Below are positions 38,796-49,266 of a DNA stretch of 64,000 nt, one piece after another. Within the stretch, counting starts at the first letter, position 1. Every line of letters starts with the position of its first letter. The notes under the pieces are model-generated. The model saw only the letters and a program-made list of their open reading frames with translations, had not been told where the DNA came from and ran no database searches. This DNA comes from Promethearchaeota archaeon (GTDB lineage: Archaea; Asgardarchaeota; Lokiarchaeia; Sigyniarchaeales; SOKP01). A program made the translations under genes and the position numbers. Location of the stretch: assembly GCA_030603385.1 (NCBI GenBank), contig JAUVXW010000003.1:64001-128000 (forward strand), read 5' to 3'.

Positions 38796-41648
38796 TTAAA
38801 TTATTGTAACTTCTGACATTTCTCTTAGAACCTTGATATGATTGGTGAACTCATCATTCGAACATAGATTTAGTAATTCTTTCTTCGAAATTTCAGCAGC
38901 ATCATTTTTTTCTCTAAATTCAAAAGGCGAGAGAATACCAGAAGAACTCTTCTCCTTCAATTTATTAACTATTTTCTCAATTTCTTGGTTAAATTCATCC
39001 AAATTTTCTAAGTTTTCAGATAATGCTGCTGGAAGACTTGAATGTACTTTTTTCAAAGAATTTGAATACTTTAGAAGTGTCTTAGAAAATTCAAGTCTTG
39101 ATTCTATGATTTCATGCATTTTTTCTGATTCATCTAAGAGCTTAAACATAATTTCGTAATACTTAATTTCATTTTTATCTCTATTAAGAAATTTTGTTAA
39201 GTTGATAATTTTTTGAGATGCATCAAAATCCTTAAAATTTTCATAATCTCTAATTCTATTTTCAGTATCTTTGATATCGAGTTGAAGTTGTTCTAGTTTC
39301 TGGTTGCTTAGATATTTGTCTAATTTCATTATTTTTTTTTGGTATTCTTGTTCATCAAGAACTGTTCTTGTAGTTTCAAACACTTCTGGTAGCGGAGTAT
39401 ATAAATATTTTAGTAGCAATATATATATCGAATGTTCTGGATTAGCGACTTTGTAATCAAAGAATTCGATAGTATCAATATTTTCTCTTAAATCTACTAA
39501 TAGTTTAAAGAATTTTCTAATAGCTAACATATTTTGTTGGGCATCAAAAGCAATTTGATACATCTCTTTAAAATATTTATTATAAAATCTGTTTGCTAAA
39601 TCAAGTTTTTGAAGAAATGAATTTACAATTGGGATTAGTTCTCCTGTAAAACCTGATTTTTTATATTCAGTACCAATATCTTTTAAACGCTCTTCTTCAC
39701 GATATGTAATTATTTTAATTATTAACTCAGGAAAATCTTTTGTAACAATATCATATGTTTTTATGAAGTATCCTTTTTTACTTAGAACTGGAACGATTGT
39801 ATTAATTGTCATTGTCCGTTGTTGAATTGCTTTAAGATCTTCTGAAAGTATTCGGTTAATATGTTCATCGATATTTTGCTTTTTCTCAAAATTTGCAACT
39901 TTACGATCTTTTAATAATTGATTGAGTCTAATTCCTCTGATTTGCGCATTCCTACCACCAAACATCTCAATAAAAATTGTTCCAAGAATCCTAAAAGCCA
40001 AAGCTGCTGTTAATTTTTTATCTTTTTCCGCATTTATTAAAATCTGATTAGTCAACATTGTTAGTAAACGAAATATAAATGTTCTTTCTTTTTCTCTTGG
40101 AATTTCTTTTATTTTTTCATGATACTGCTCTTGTATTTGATCCACTGGAAACTTATTTTCCCATAGAAAATCTAAGATTCGATCTCCCTCTGGGTCTGAA
40201 AGGATATCAAGAAAACGAGGAATAATTTCTGCTATTGCATTAGCCCAACTAAAATGCTCTTTTGCCAAGGGAATTTCATCATGGAATTCCGCCAACAAAT
40301 CATGAATTAAACCTCCTTTCTCAATCATCTTAGGTCCATTATATCTACCGAGAGTGTGGATAAGTATTTCATCAAAATTTGGCTCTGAAGACAAAGGCAT
40401 ACGTACTTCTATCTTCTCTAAAAATGCCTTAAATAAGTTGAATAGGCTTCTAACTTTATGATTTGATCTATTTATAATAAATTGATTGATTTCTGCATTA
40501 TTTAAATTACTTAATTCATTTAAGGAATTTGCAAACATGATTGCTCCATTAAATAATAACTCTACTTTTTCGGGTTCATGATAAGAAGCTGTTTCTGAGA
40601 ATTTAAATAAAAATTTTGCTAGATCAGAGCCAAGATATTCTCTGTGTTGTTCTGGAATTTGATCAATTGCATTTAATAATTCTTCCATTAACATTTGAAT
40701 CATGTCCTGACCCACTATAAGAGAATATTTCTTTTCTGCTCGTTTCAAAAAAGCTTCAACATCTGTAAATTGAATTCGTTTTTCTTCTTTCCCTAACAAA
40801 TGAATTAGAATATCTTCTAAGCTTTCACATTTTTCAATTGAACCTCCATTCTTAATTTCATTCAAAAATGCTATAAATAAATCTAATATTGTAAAAAATT
40901 TGTTCTTACTTCTTTTTATTATTTCTTGATTGATTTGCTCCTTAGATATTCCATTTAGATTAGAAAGTGCCCTATTGAAAAATAATACATGATTTAATAT
41001 TCCCTCTAAGGTTTCAGCAGGTAGATTCTCAACATTTTGAGAGAACTTAAACAGATATTTAGGAATCTCAGAGCTAATATAATCTTGAATATTTTCATCT
41101 ACTTTAGAAAAGGTTGTTATTATTTTTTTTGAGTAATTTTGTGATTTTTCCTCTCCAATTTTGGTTTTAAAATTCTTCTCAGCACGTTTGATAAATAATT
41201 CTAAATCATTTAATTGAGCAATTTCAGCTTTATCTCCAAAAATATAAGTGAGAACATCTTCGAAATTTCTACCTTTTTCAAAAATTCCCCCATTTTTAGC
41301 TTTCTCAACTAGAATATTTAGTAAATCAGAGAGGTTTCGCACTTTATTATTGCTTCTCTTAATTAAAAGTTGATTCATTTGATTACTATCTTTATTTATT
41401 AAATCTCTTAGTGACTCTGCAAATATTGAAACGTGCTTTAGAACGTTTTCAACTATTCCTGGGGATACATCCTCAATTTCTTGAGAATAATTAAATATGA
41501 ATCTTGGGATCTCTGAACCAATAACACGTCTAAATGTAGCAGGAATTTCATTCGTAGTTTTTCTTATGGTTTCCAACGTGGATGTCGCTTGTGCTTCTCC
41601 CAATTTTTCTTTAAATTGTCTTTCAGCTCTTTTTAAAAAAACTTCCAT
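38796..41648 (-). CDS. Large hypothetical helical protein with three N-terminal 148-aa repeats
   Basis: 950-aa ORF; repeats begin at FLKRAERQF, FIKRAEKNF and FLKRAEKKY. Confidence 0.8.
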   Translation of the reverse strand: MEVFLKRAERQFKEKLGEAQATSTLETIRKTTNEIPATFRRVIGSEIPRFIFNYSQEIEDVSPGIVENVLKHVSIFAESLRDLINKDSNQMNQLLIKRSNNKVRNLSDLLNILVEKAKNGGIFEKGRNFEDVLTYIFGDKAEIAQLNDLELFIKRAEKNFKTKIGEEKSQNYSKKIITTFSKVDENIQDYISSEIPKYLFKFSQNVENLPAETLEGILNHVLFFNRALSNLNGISKEQINQEIIKRSKNKFFTILDLFIAFLNEIKNGGSIEKCESLEDILIHLLGKEEKRIQFTDVEAFLKRAEKKYSLIVGQDMIQMLMEELLNAIDQIPEQHREYLGSDLAKFLFKFSETASYHEPEKVELLFNGAIMFANSLNELSNLNNAEINQFIINRSNHKVRSLFNLFKAFLEKIEVRMPLSSEPNFDEILIHTLGRYNGPKMIEKGGLIHDLLAEFHDEIPLAKEHFSWANAIAEIIPRFLDILSDPEGDRILDFLWENKFPVDQIQEQYHEKIKEIPREKERTFIFRLLTMLTNQILINAEKDKKLTAALAFRILGTIFIEMFGGRNAQIRGIRLNQLLKDRKVANFEKKQNIDEHINRILSEDLKAIQQRTMTINTIVPVLSKKGYFIKTYDIVTKDFPELIIKIITYREEERLKDIGTEYKKSGFTGELIPIVNSFLQKLDLANRFYNKYFKEMYQIAFDAQQNMLAIRKFFKLLVDLRENIDTIEFFDYKVANPEHSIYILLLKYLYTPLPEVFETTRTVLDEQEYQKKIMKLDKYLSNQKLEQLQLDIKDTENRIRDYENFKDFDASQKIINLTKFLNRDKNEIKYYEIMFKLLDESEKMHEIIESRLEFSKTLLKYSNSLKKVHSSLPAALSENLENLDEFNQEIEKIVNKLKEKSSSGILSPFEFREKNDAAEISKKELLNLCSNDEFTNHIKVLREMSEVTII
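40317..41648 (-). repeat. Three tandem 148-codon intragenic repeats
   Basis: Gap-free manual alignment: KRAE, SEIP/SDLA-x-F/Y-x-F-x-F/Y-S, I-K/N-RS-x-x-K and EDIL-x-x-x-x-G recur with period 148 aa. Confidence 0.85.
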
Positions 41649-41958
41649 TATTTTAACACATTCAAATCAAATAAGAAATATTGAACACTCACTTTTAAAA
41701 TGAATTCGTTCAAATTTATAATCAGATAAATAAATAACCTAGAAAATAAATTTAAATTTATGTTTCTTTAACTTTTTCCTCTTCATATAGAGCAACTTTC
41801 ATATCTTATATTAGAAATAAACTAAAAGAGTTGACATTTTGATTTATATGATTTAATAATATATGAGAAAGAGTAAAAAGATAAAAAAGTATAAAAAAAG
41901 AAACTTGAATAAGAAACAACAATCGAAATGATATATCCTAAAATTGCATTCTATTCAA

Positions 41959-43722
41959 TTAATTATCATAAACTAAGGTCTCTGATTCTTTTTGTTCTAA
42001 TGCCTTCTTTTGCATCCAAACAGGGGGATTCACACACCAAATGTAATGTCCCTCTTCGATTGTTATTTTATGAGGCGTTTTACGCATACATTCTTTCGTT
42101 CTTGCATCTGAAATACACCGGGGATTAAAAGTACATCCTGAAGGAGGTGCAATTGGACTCGGAACCTCACCCTTAATAACAAACTTAATTTCTTTATCGC
42201 TAGGATCAAGCTCAGTTCTTGAAGCTAATAATGCTTGAGAATAAGGATGAGTAGTATTGGAAAATATTTGATCAGTCTCCCCAACCTCAACGAATTTGCC
42301 AAGATACATAACCGCAACTCTATCGGCAATGTGATTAACAACAGCTAAGTTGTGTGTTATAAATAAAAATCCGTAACCATAAGTTTTCTGCAACGCTTTT
42401 AACAAATTAAGAATTTGAGCTTGAACTGAAACATCTAGAGCGGATGTAGGCTCATCTAAAATTATTAATTCCGGATTACTTGCGAGGGCTCTCGCAATGA
42501 TAATTCTTTGTTTTTGACCACCTGAAAACTCATGAGGGAAGCGATCCATATGTTCTCGCTTTAAGGAAACTTCATCTAACAGTTTTAACACTCGTCTTCT
42601 AATTTCTTCTTTCTTGGTAATCCCTAATAAATTCCGCAGCGGTTCTGCTATGATATTAACAACTTTCATTCGAGGATTTAATGATGCATCAGGATCTTGA
42701 AAAACGATTTGAATTTTTTGTCTTAGAAATTTTGCATAATCATTAGGAATAGGTTCACCATTAAATATAATTTCACCTGCTTCTTTTGGAACTAATCCTA
42801 AAATAGCTTTCGCAATGGTAGTTTTTCCACAGCCACTTTCTCCTACTAAACCTACAGTTTCGCCAGTATTTATATTGAAAGTGACACCATCAACAGCTTT
42901 AACGGATCCAAACTGTCTTTTTAACATTCCTCCAATCAAAGGATAATAGACTTTTAAATTTCTTACTTCTAATAATTTTTGATTTTTTTCAAGAATATTG
43001 ATGTCTCTGTATTGATCGAAAGCTAAGTTGGATTGAGCTAAAATTTTTACGATAATGCTTACTATTATTGTGATTACTACCCCCCACACAAGATGAGTAA
43101 AAAAACCTTGGATGAAAGCTGCCTCTTTTAATTCAAATATGTGCGCCAAGTAATAGAATCCGGGTATTATCGTTATCATGATAATGGTATTTTTATTTGT
43201 TAGAAACTGGGCTTTATTTCCCCAATTTATGAAAAAACCATTAATACCAACTATAATCAACATTATTAAAAAAAGCGCCAAACCAGCTGAATATACATCG
43301 TCTTTTTCACTGGTGACCATAAGTCTTACTACATCATTAGTAATTCTCAATAAAAAACCCAAAGCATATAACATAGCCTGAAAACTAATGATAAGAATAG
43401 AAGATTCTATAAATTCTTTATTAGCTGATTTCGATACTATAATTGAGGATATCCCTATCGTTATCAAAATAACTATAAGATCAGAAATTATGGATAATGT
43501 AAATCCTGCTCCAAGAAAATAGAGAAATATGAATTTAAAAGAAATGTTAAGGAAAAACCAAATCAAATTCACAATGATTACAAAAGAATCATTCCAATCT
43601 TTTCTTTTCGCATATGCCTTTAAAAAAGACACCCCATAAAAAAGTACTAAAATAGAGATGAGAAATCCAATAACTAACTCAGATAAAAATAATCCCGTGG
43701 ATATATTTGATGGTATTTGCAT
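41959..43722 (-). CDS. oppF: OppF/DppF-type ABC ATPase fused to an N-terminal multi-pass membrane domain
   Basis: GESGCGKT, FSGGQKQR, ILDEPTSALD, ITHN and C-terminal PSGCTFNPRC; first ~240 aa carry about 7 hydrophobic helices. Confidence 0.88.
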   Translation of the reverse strand: MQIPSNISTGLFLSELVIGFLISILVLFYGVSFLKAYAKRKDWNDSFVIIVNLIWFFLNISFKFIFLYFLGAGFTLSIISDLIVILITIGISSIIVSKSANKEFIESSILIISFQAMLYALGFLLRITNDVVRLMVTSEKDDVYSAGLALFLIMLIIVGINGFFINWGNKAQFLTNKNTIIMITIIPGFYYLAHIFELKEAAFIQGFFTHLVWGVVITIIVSIIVKILAQSNLAFDQYRDINILEKNQKLLEVRNLKVYYPLIGGMLKRQFGSVKAVDGVTFNINTGETVGLVGESGCGKTTIAKAILGLVPKEAGEIIFNGEPIPNDYAKFLRQKIQIVFQDPDASLNPRMKVVNIIAEPLRNLLGITKKEEIRRRVLKLLDEVSLKREHMDRFPHEFSGGQKQRIIIARALASNPELIILDEPTSALDVSVQAQILNLLKALQKTYGYGFLFITHNLAVVNHIADRVAVMYLGKFVEVGETDQIFSNTTHPYSQALLASRTELDPSDKEIKFVIKGEVPSPIAPPSGCTFNPRCISDARTKECMRKTPHKITIEEGHYIWCVNPPVWMQKKALEQKESETLVYDN

Positions 43723-43799
43723 ATTAAATCCTTTTTTTCATAATTTTTCAATGTTTATATATTAATATTTTATTTTTCATTTACTCATTTATCTAAGAA

Positions 43800-46700
43800 T
43801 TAATTTTCTGCTTCTTTTATTGAGATCTCAGCGATATCCTTGTATTCAGGGTCATAAAGATGGCACGCTACAAAATAATCTGGTTCGATTTCTATGCTTT
43901 TAGGGGCCTTTGAATCACATGGTTCAAAACAATATTGACATCGAGGATGAAACCTGCAACCTGAAGGGGGATAAATCAAATTCGGTACCATTCCTGGTAT
44001 TACATCAAGCAATTCCCTTTTCTTCCCTATAACTGGTACAGATGATATAAGTCCCCGTGTATATGGATGATAGGGTGTGATAAATAATTTTTCTATGTCA
44101 CCATATTCAACGATGAATCCACTATACATTACAGCTACGCGATCACACATTTTAGAAATAATTCCTAAATCATGAGTGATAAAAAGTATCGAGGTGTTAT
44201 ATTTTTTCTTGAGGTTTTTCATTAATTGTAATATCTGGTTTTGAATTGTGACATCTAGGGCCGTAGTAGGCTCATCAGCAATTAATAGTTTAGGACTACA
44301 AGCAAGACCCATTGCGATTTGAACACGTTGTCGCATTCCACCACTTAATTCATGTGGATATCTATCAAATATTATTCGTGGAACGGGTATATTTAAATCT
44401 TTTAATATTTTTCTACTCCATTTTCTCGCAATATCATAGATACTTGTATTTTTTTTAACTGCTTCAATTAACAACTCATCCTCCATATGAAGACGATAAA
44501 CTTCGGCGATTTGATCCCCAATTTTATATACAGGATTTAACGAGTTAAGGGGATCTTGAAAAATCATAGTGATTTTATTTCCTCGATATTTTAGAAACTC
44601 TTCTTCAGTTTTATGATGCAGATCTTCTCCCTTAAAATATACTCTCCCACTCTTAATTTCACCTGGAGGACGAACCAATCGAAGGATAGATAACGCAGTC
44701 ACAGATTTACCACATCCTGTTTCTCCAACAAGACCGAGAGTCTCACCTTCATATATCTTAAACGAAACACCTTCTACTGCTTTAACTACGCCTTCCACTG
44801 TATAAAAATAGGTTGTGAGATCTTGAACATCTAAGATAGCCTCTTTTCTCTCTACCATAGTGTCTTGAAGCTGACTTTCTTCATAAGGTTTAAAAGCAGC
44901 ACTGAATCTATCGCTCATTTTCTCAGTAGAATCTGGCATAATCTGGATCCTTAAGGAACCAAGAATTGAAATAATATATATACCTGAAGCGACTAATAAT
45001 GGAATCCGGAGATCTGTAAAGCTATAATGATAAGAAATAATAAGGGATTGGAATAAACCTAGTATAAGACTCACACCTACGGTAGCTAAGTATACAACAA
45101 TTAGAGCGATTATCACAAATTTAAAAGATTCGGAAAATTTTCGTTTATACACCTTTCGAACTATTAATGTACCAATAATAATATTACTAACTGATATGAG
45201 AAATTCAATATATAAAATTGGGATTAACATATCATATTCTGTTGGCCAAACATGATCTGCCCAAAAAACGGAAAAGATTCTAGAATATGAAAACCCAAAT
45301 TCTGAGAAGGCTATAAATATAGAAACTCTACTGGCTACACTAAAAAAGAATAAAACTAAAGCAACCCTAGCGGCTTTCTTTTTAACAAATGATGCATTTT
45401 TCATTGACGCATCCCACATTTTTATTGATGTAGCATACCACCATATAATCCTAATACCTAACGTAAACATCACAATCGAGAGAATGGTAATGAATGTTAT
45501 GTTTAAGATAAATATCTCATTAATCAAGATAAATATATATAAATAGATTACAAGAAATGGTACAACCCAAATCCAATACGTTATAAATCCTCCAAAAAAA
45601 GCAGCGTGTTGAAGTAGTATTTTTGATGCCCGTTTGTTGACAGGATTCATCTTATTAAATAGATATGTAATAGATAGATCTGCAACAACCGTAAAAAGAG
45701 CACTCATACCACTTAGAAAAAGTACTCCTACCAAAGTATTTGAACTTAGAAGTATTTTAAATATCGAAATTATTATTATCGGTAAGCCCCATATTAATCC
45801 TATGATAATCTTATTTGAAGTAGTATTGAATTTACTCTCTAATAATGAAACATCATCTATTGATTGAGATTTATCAAATTTCCTTAAAAAATATATATAA
45901 ATTTTAAGGGAAATCCCTTGCGGAAAACGACGATCTTTATCCCCACTAATATCCTCTTGATCTTCTGATAGAAGTTCTTTTTCATTTGTATCCTGTTTTC
46001 TATTAAACTTCTTTAATTCAGATTCTAACAATTCTTTAACTCTTTTTTCACTTTTTTCACTAGCGTCAGGCAACAGTTTGCTTTTCAGTAAATTAAAAAA
46101 GACAGTAATATATAATCCTGTTACTACAATAGTTAATACTCGAATATCTTGCATAATAATTTGATATCCAAGCCATTTATGTATATATACTTCAAATATA
46201 ACAAGCTGAATAAACCAAATACCAAATGCAATAAACGCTCCTCCGTACATAGAATTTTTAAGTACCATTTTTTCTATTCGTTTCTCATCCACCAAGGTTC
46301 TATTAATTATTGATGTAATAATGATGCAAATGAAAACTACTCCAAAACTCCATAATACACCTAAGCTGAATTTATCAGGATAATTAGGAAACGAAGGATC
46401 CCTCAGTGAAATTTGAAGTAGTGTAATTGAAAGAAAAATTGCTGAAAAAGCCCATGCTATTATCATTAAAAAAAAAATATATTTCTTGAAACTGTAATTT
46501 TGGGGTCTTTCTTCATTTAAAACCTGTGAATAACCAAATTTTCCCAAAAATGGTTTATGGAGAAAGAAAAAGATCGTTACCATTATAGCAAAGTATAATA
46601 CATCATTATTTAGAATCCTAAATATATACCCATACATCCCTAAGGTTTCAAATATCATTCTGATACCCAATATGATACCGAAAATAATTAAGCTGGTTAC

Positions 46701-46853
46701 CAATGAACTTAATTGATATATTCTCACTAATGATTCCCCTTTAAAAGAAAACTTTACAAGAAAAATTAAAATCAGTAATAATAGCAGTAGTGAAAATAGA
46801 GATTCAATTATAGCATATCCGTAATTACCAACTTGAAATGTTATTCCAATAAT
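43800..46853 (-). CDS. oppD: OppD/DppD-type ABC ATPase fused to a very large N-terminal membrane domain (probable ATT start at 46853)
   Basis: GETGCGKS, LSGGMRQR, IADEPTTALD, ITHD and PSGCRFHPRC; more than 600 aa of hydrophobic N-terminus. The frame stays open 42 codons upstream of the GTG at 46727 and encodes another TM helix. Confidence 0.85.
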   Translation of the reverse strand: MIGITFQVGNYGYAIIESLFSLLLLLLILIFLVKFSFKGESLVRIYQLSSLVTSLIIFGIILGIRMIFETLGMYGYIFRILNNDVLYFAIMVTIFFFLHKPFLGKFGYSQVLNEERPQNYSFKKYIFFLMIIAWAFSAIFLSITLLQISLRDPSFPNYPDKFSLGVLWSFGVVFICIIITSIINRTLVDEKRIEKMVLKNSMYGGAFIAFGIWFIQLVIFEVYIHKWLGYQIIMQDIRVLTIVVTGLYITVFFNLLKSKLLPDASEKSEKRVKELLESELKKFNRKQDTNEKELLSEDQEDISGDKDRRFPQGISLKIYIYFLRKFDKSQSIDDVSLLESKFNTTSNKIIIGLIWGLPIIIISIFKILLSSNTLVGVLFLSGMSALFTVVADLSITYLFNKMNPVNKRASKILLQHAAFFGGFITYWIWVVPFLVIYLYIFILINEIFILNITFITILSIVMFTLGIRIIWWYATSIKMWDASMKNASFVKKKAARVALVLFFFSVASRVSIFIAFSEFGFSYSRIFSVFWADHVWPTEYDMLIPILYIEFLISVSNIIIGTLIVRKVYKRKFSESFKFVIIALIVVYLATVGVSLILGLFQSLIISYHYSFTDLRIPLLVASGIYIISILGSLRIQIMPDSTEKMSDRFSAAFKPYEESQLQDTMVERKEAILDVQDLTTYFYTVEGVVKAVEGVSFKIYEGETLGLVGETGCGKSVTALSILRLVRPPGEIKSGRVYFKGEDLHHKTEEEFLKYRGNKITMIFQDPLNSLNPVYKIGDQIAEVYRLHMEDELLIEAVKKNTSIYDIARKWSRKILKDLNIPVPRIIFDRYPHELSGGMRQRVQIAMGLACSPKLLIADEPTTALDVTIQNQILQLMKNLKKKYNTSILFITHDLGIISKMCDRVAVMYSGFIVEYGDIEKLFITPYHPYTRGLISSVPVIGKKRELLDVIPGMVPNLIYPPSGCRFHPRCQYCFEPCDSKAPKSIEIEPDYFVACHLYDPEYKDIAEISIKEAEN

Positions 46854-46869
46854 TTTTAATCCCTCTTAT

Positions 46870-47865
46870 TTATATATGTAATCGAGGATCTAAAGCATCC
46901 CTCAATCCATCACCTATTAACATAAACCCAATAGCTGTAATTGCAATAAAAAGCCCGGGCCAAAAAACTGCATAATATGCACCCCAATGACCCCTCCCAT
47001 AATTGATATCAGTGCCCCAATCTGCAAAAGATTCATCTCCTAATCCCAAGAAAGCAATGCCTACAAAACCTAAAATTGCACCTCCCATTGCTCCGAAGAA
47101 ACCAATGATGATAGGAGACATTGCATTTGGCAAAACATGTCTAAACATTACTTTAAATTTTTCCGCCCCACTAGTTATTGCAGCCTCGACATAGACATTC
47201 TGTTTTACTTGCAGCACTAGGGCTCTTACCCATCGAGTAGATCCTGGTATACTAAAAAGGCCGAAAAGTATCAGTATGTTATATAAACTATTACCAATGA
47301 GGGGTGCTACAATAATTACAAGAATTAATACAGGAAAAGAAAACCAAAAATCACAAAAACGCATTATTATTGAATCTATTTTTCCACCAAAATATGCAGA
47401 TATCGTCCCTACAGAAAGCCCTCCAAGGGTACCAATTATAACGGGTAAAGCCGCCGCTGTTAGTGCTGTTCTTGCGCCCCAAATTATTCTTCCAAGAATA
47501 TCAAATCCATATTCTGTTGTGCCTAATGGGTGTTCTGGCGAGGGGGGAAGGAATGGTGTCTCAGGGAGAAAATCGGGTGGTGTTAAATGATCTATTGTAA
47601 ATGTAGTTAACCAAGGAGCATACATACCCATAAAAGCAATGAATAAGATCATTACCATTCCAGCTATTGTCAAAGGCGTAAGTAGGCGTCTAAATAATTT
47701 CCTTTTAGATTTTATTTTCCCTATTTCAAATTCAGTAGCTTCAAATTCTGGATCCCGCCATCCAGGTACTAAGTAGAATTTTAACAATCTGGAGAACTTA
47801 TTCTTTTTGTCTGCTTGAGATTCATATCTTTTGGTTTCTTCTACAGAAATTTGCTTCAGTTTTAT
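46870..47865 (-). CDS. oppC: Oligopeptide ABC transporter permease OppC/DppC
   Basis: HPLGTTEYGFDILGR, YVEAAITSGA EAA loop, RHVLPN and GDGLRDALDPR; frame open upstream of TTG 47787 to ATA 47865 / CTG 47859. Confidence 0.92.
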   Translation of the reverse strand: MKLKQISVEETKRYESQADKKNKFSRLLKFYLVPGWRDPEFEATEFEIGKIKSKRKLFRRLLTPLTIAGMVMILFIAFMGMYAPWLTTFTIDHLTPPDFLPETPFLPPSPEHPLGTTEYGFDILGRIIWGARTALTAAALPVIIGTLGGLSVGTISAYFGGKIDSIIMRFCDFWFSFPVLILVIIVAPLIGNSLYNILILFGLFSIPGSTRWVRALVLQVKQNVYVEAAITSGAEKFKVMFRHVLPNAMSPIIIGFFGAMGGAILGFVGIAFLGLGDESFADWGTDINYGRGHWGAYYAVFWPGLFIAITAIGFMLIGDGLRDALDPRLHI

Positions 47866-47883
47866 TCACTTCCTTTATTTTTT

Positions 47884-48951
47884 TTAATACAAAATTCTTG
47901 GATCTATAATTGTATAGGCAACATCTGCAATGAGAGTTCCTGATATTATAATAATCGTTGAAAAAACAAGAAGTCCATTTATTACTAAATAGTCACCGCT
48001 TGTTATAGCTATCAGCATGGTGTATCCAAATCCAGTATAGTTAAATGTAACTTCTACATATAATGACCCTAATAGAGCTCCTGCGGTCCCTGCTATAACG
48101 AGATGACTGGTAGGGAGTATCGCATTTCGAAGAGCGTGTTTATTAATGACGTCTTTTTCCAAAACACCTTTAGCACGCGCAGTTCTAATATAATCCTGAT
48201 CCAGCACACCTAGCATACTAGATCGAGTCTGCCTCGTAATCCCAGATAAAGATACAAAAATCATACAAATTACTGGAAGAATTAAATGAACAAGTGTATC
48301 CCATAAATAAATCTGATCATTATACAAAATACTATCAATTAGTCTAAATCCTGTACCACTCCCTCCTGATGGAACCGGAGTATTCAATATCGGATTATTA
48401 GGTAATAACACCTCAATAAAAAATTTCTCATGGGTAAATGTCCTTAATTCAGAGCCAATAAATAATTGTAGCAGGGTGGCAATATAAAAGATTGGAAATC
48501 CTGCTCCAACGATTGCTATTCCTCTAATTAATGAATCTTTTGGCGTATCTTTATGTTTTGCAGAGGTAACCCCAAGTTTAATACCGATAATTGGTACTAT
48601 TATAATCGAAAATAGCATCAACTCTATCGTCTTTGGAAAAATCTGAGCAATTAATTCAATTACAGGTGTGTTTTCGGCTATAACAAACGATTCACCCCAA
48701 TCTCCAGCGAAAAACCTTCTAAGATATATACCGAGTTGTACATACCATGGATCGTAGAAACCAGATCTTCGCAATTCTGCTTCATATCTAGCACGGTCTA
48801 CCACAGTCCCAGGAATCTTATTCAATGCAGGATTAATAGACATCTGGTGAGATAAAATCCATGTAAATATCAATACTGCTATAAGAATAGGAAACATTAG
48901 TAAAATTCGTTTAATAACATATTTTATCATATTTCGGGCTTGACGAGTCAT
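47884..48951 (-). CDS. oppB: Oligopeptide ABC transporter permease OppB/DppB
   Basis: YVIKRIL, GDWGES, DYIRTARAKG, HALRNA and DVAYTIIDPRI motifs; GGAGG RBS. Confidence 0.93.
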   Translation of the reverse strand: MTRQARNMIKYVIKRILLMFPILIAVLIFTWILSHQMSINPALNKIPGTVVDRARYEAELRRSGFYDPWYVQLGIYLRRFFAGDWGESFVIAENTPVIELIAQIFPKTIELMLFSIIIVPIIGIKLGVTSAKHKDTPKDSLIRGIAIVGAGFPIFYIATLLQLFIGSELRTFTHEKFFIEVLLPNNPILNTPVPSGGSGTGFRLIDSILYNDQIYLWDTLVHLILPVICMIFVSLSGITRQTRSSMLGVLDQDYIRTARAKGVLEKDVINKHALRNAILPTSHLVIAGTAGALLGSLYVEVTFNYTGFGYTMLIAITSGDYLVINGLLVFSTIIIISGTLIADVAYTIIDPRILY

Positions 48952-49127
48952 TTTTTTCCTCCTTTTTCATAAGTCATAATTTAAAAAGAAGTTAAGCTTT
49001 GAGCTTCTTTATTATATGTACTTCTTATTTTTAAAAAATATAAAATTAACATTTTTTTTTCTTATTTCTAAAGATTGAATTTAAAAAAAATTCACAATAT
49101 TTAATAATTACGATTTAATTTATGATA

Positions 49128-49141
49128 ATTACGTTCGTAAT
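49128..49141. promoter_or_regulatory. Palindromic operator candidate ATTACG-TT-CGTAAT between divergent oppB and oppA
   Basis: The core TTACGTTCGTAA recurs identically at 53249-53260; a variant TTACGAAGTAA is at 49194-49204. Confidence 0.6.
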
Positions 49142-49266
49142 CCGTGTATTTTGAAAACTTTAAATAGTTAAATGTCGTAACCTTATATTATCTTTACGAA
49201 GTAAAGTAAATTTAGAAAAAATATCTACTTAAAACAAAAAAGGTAATACGATAAGGAGAAAAAAAA

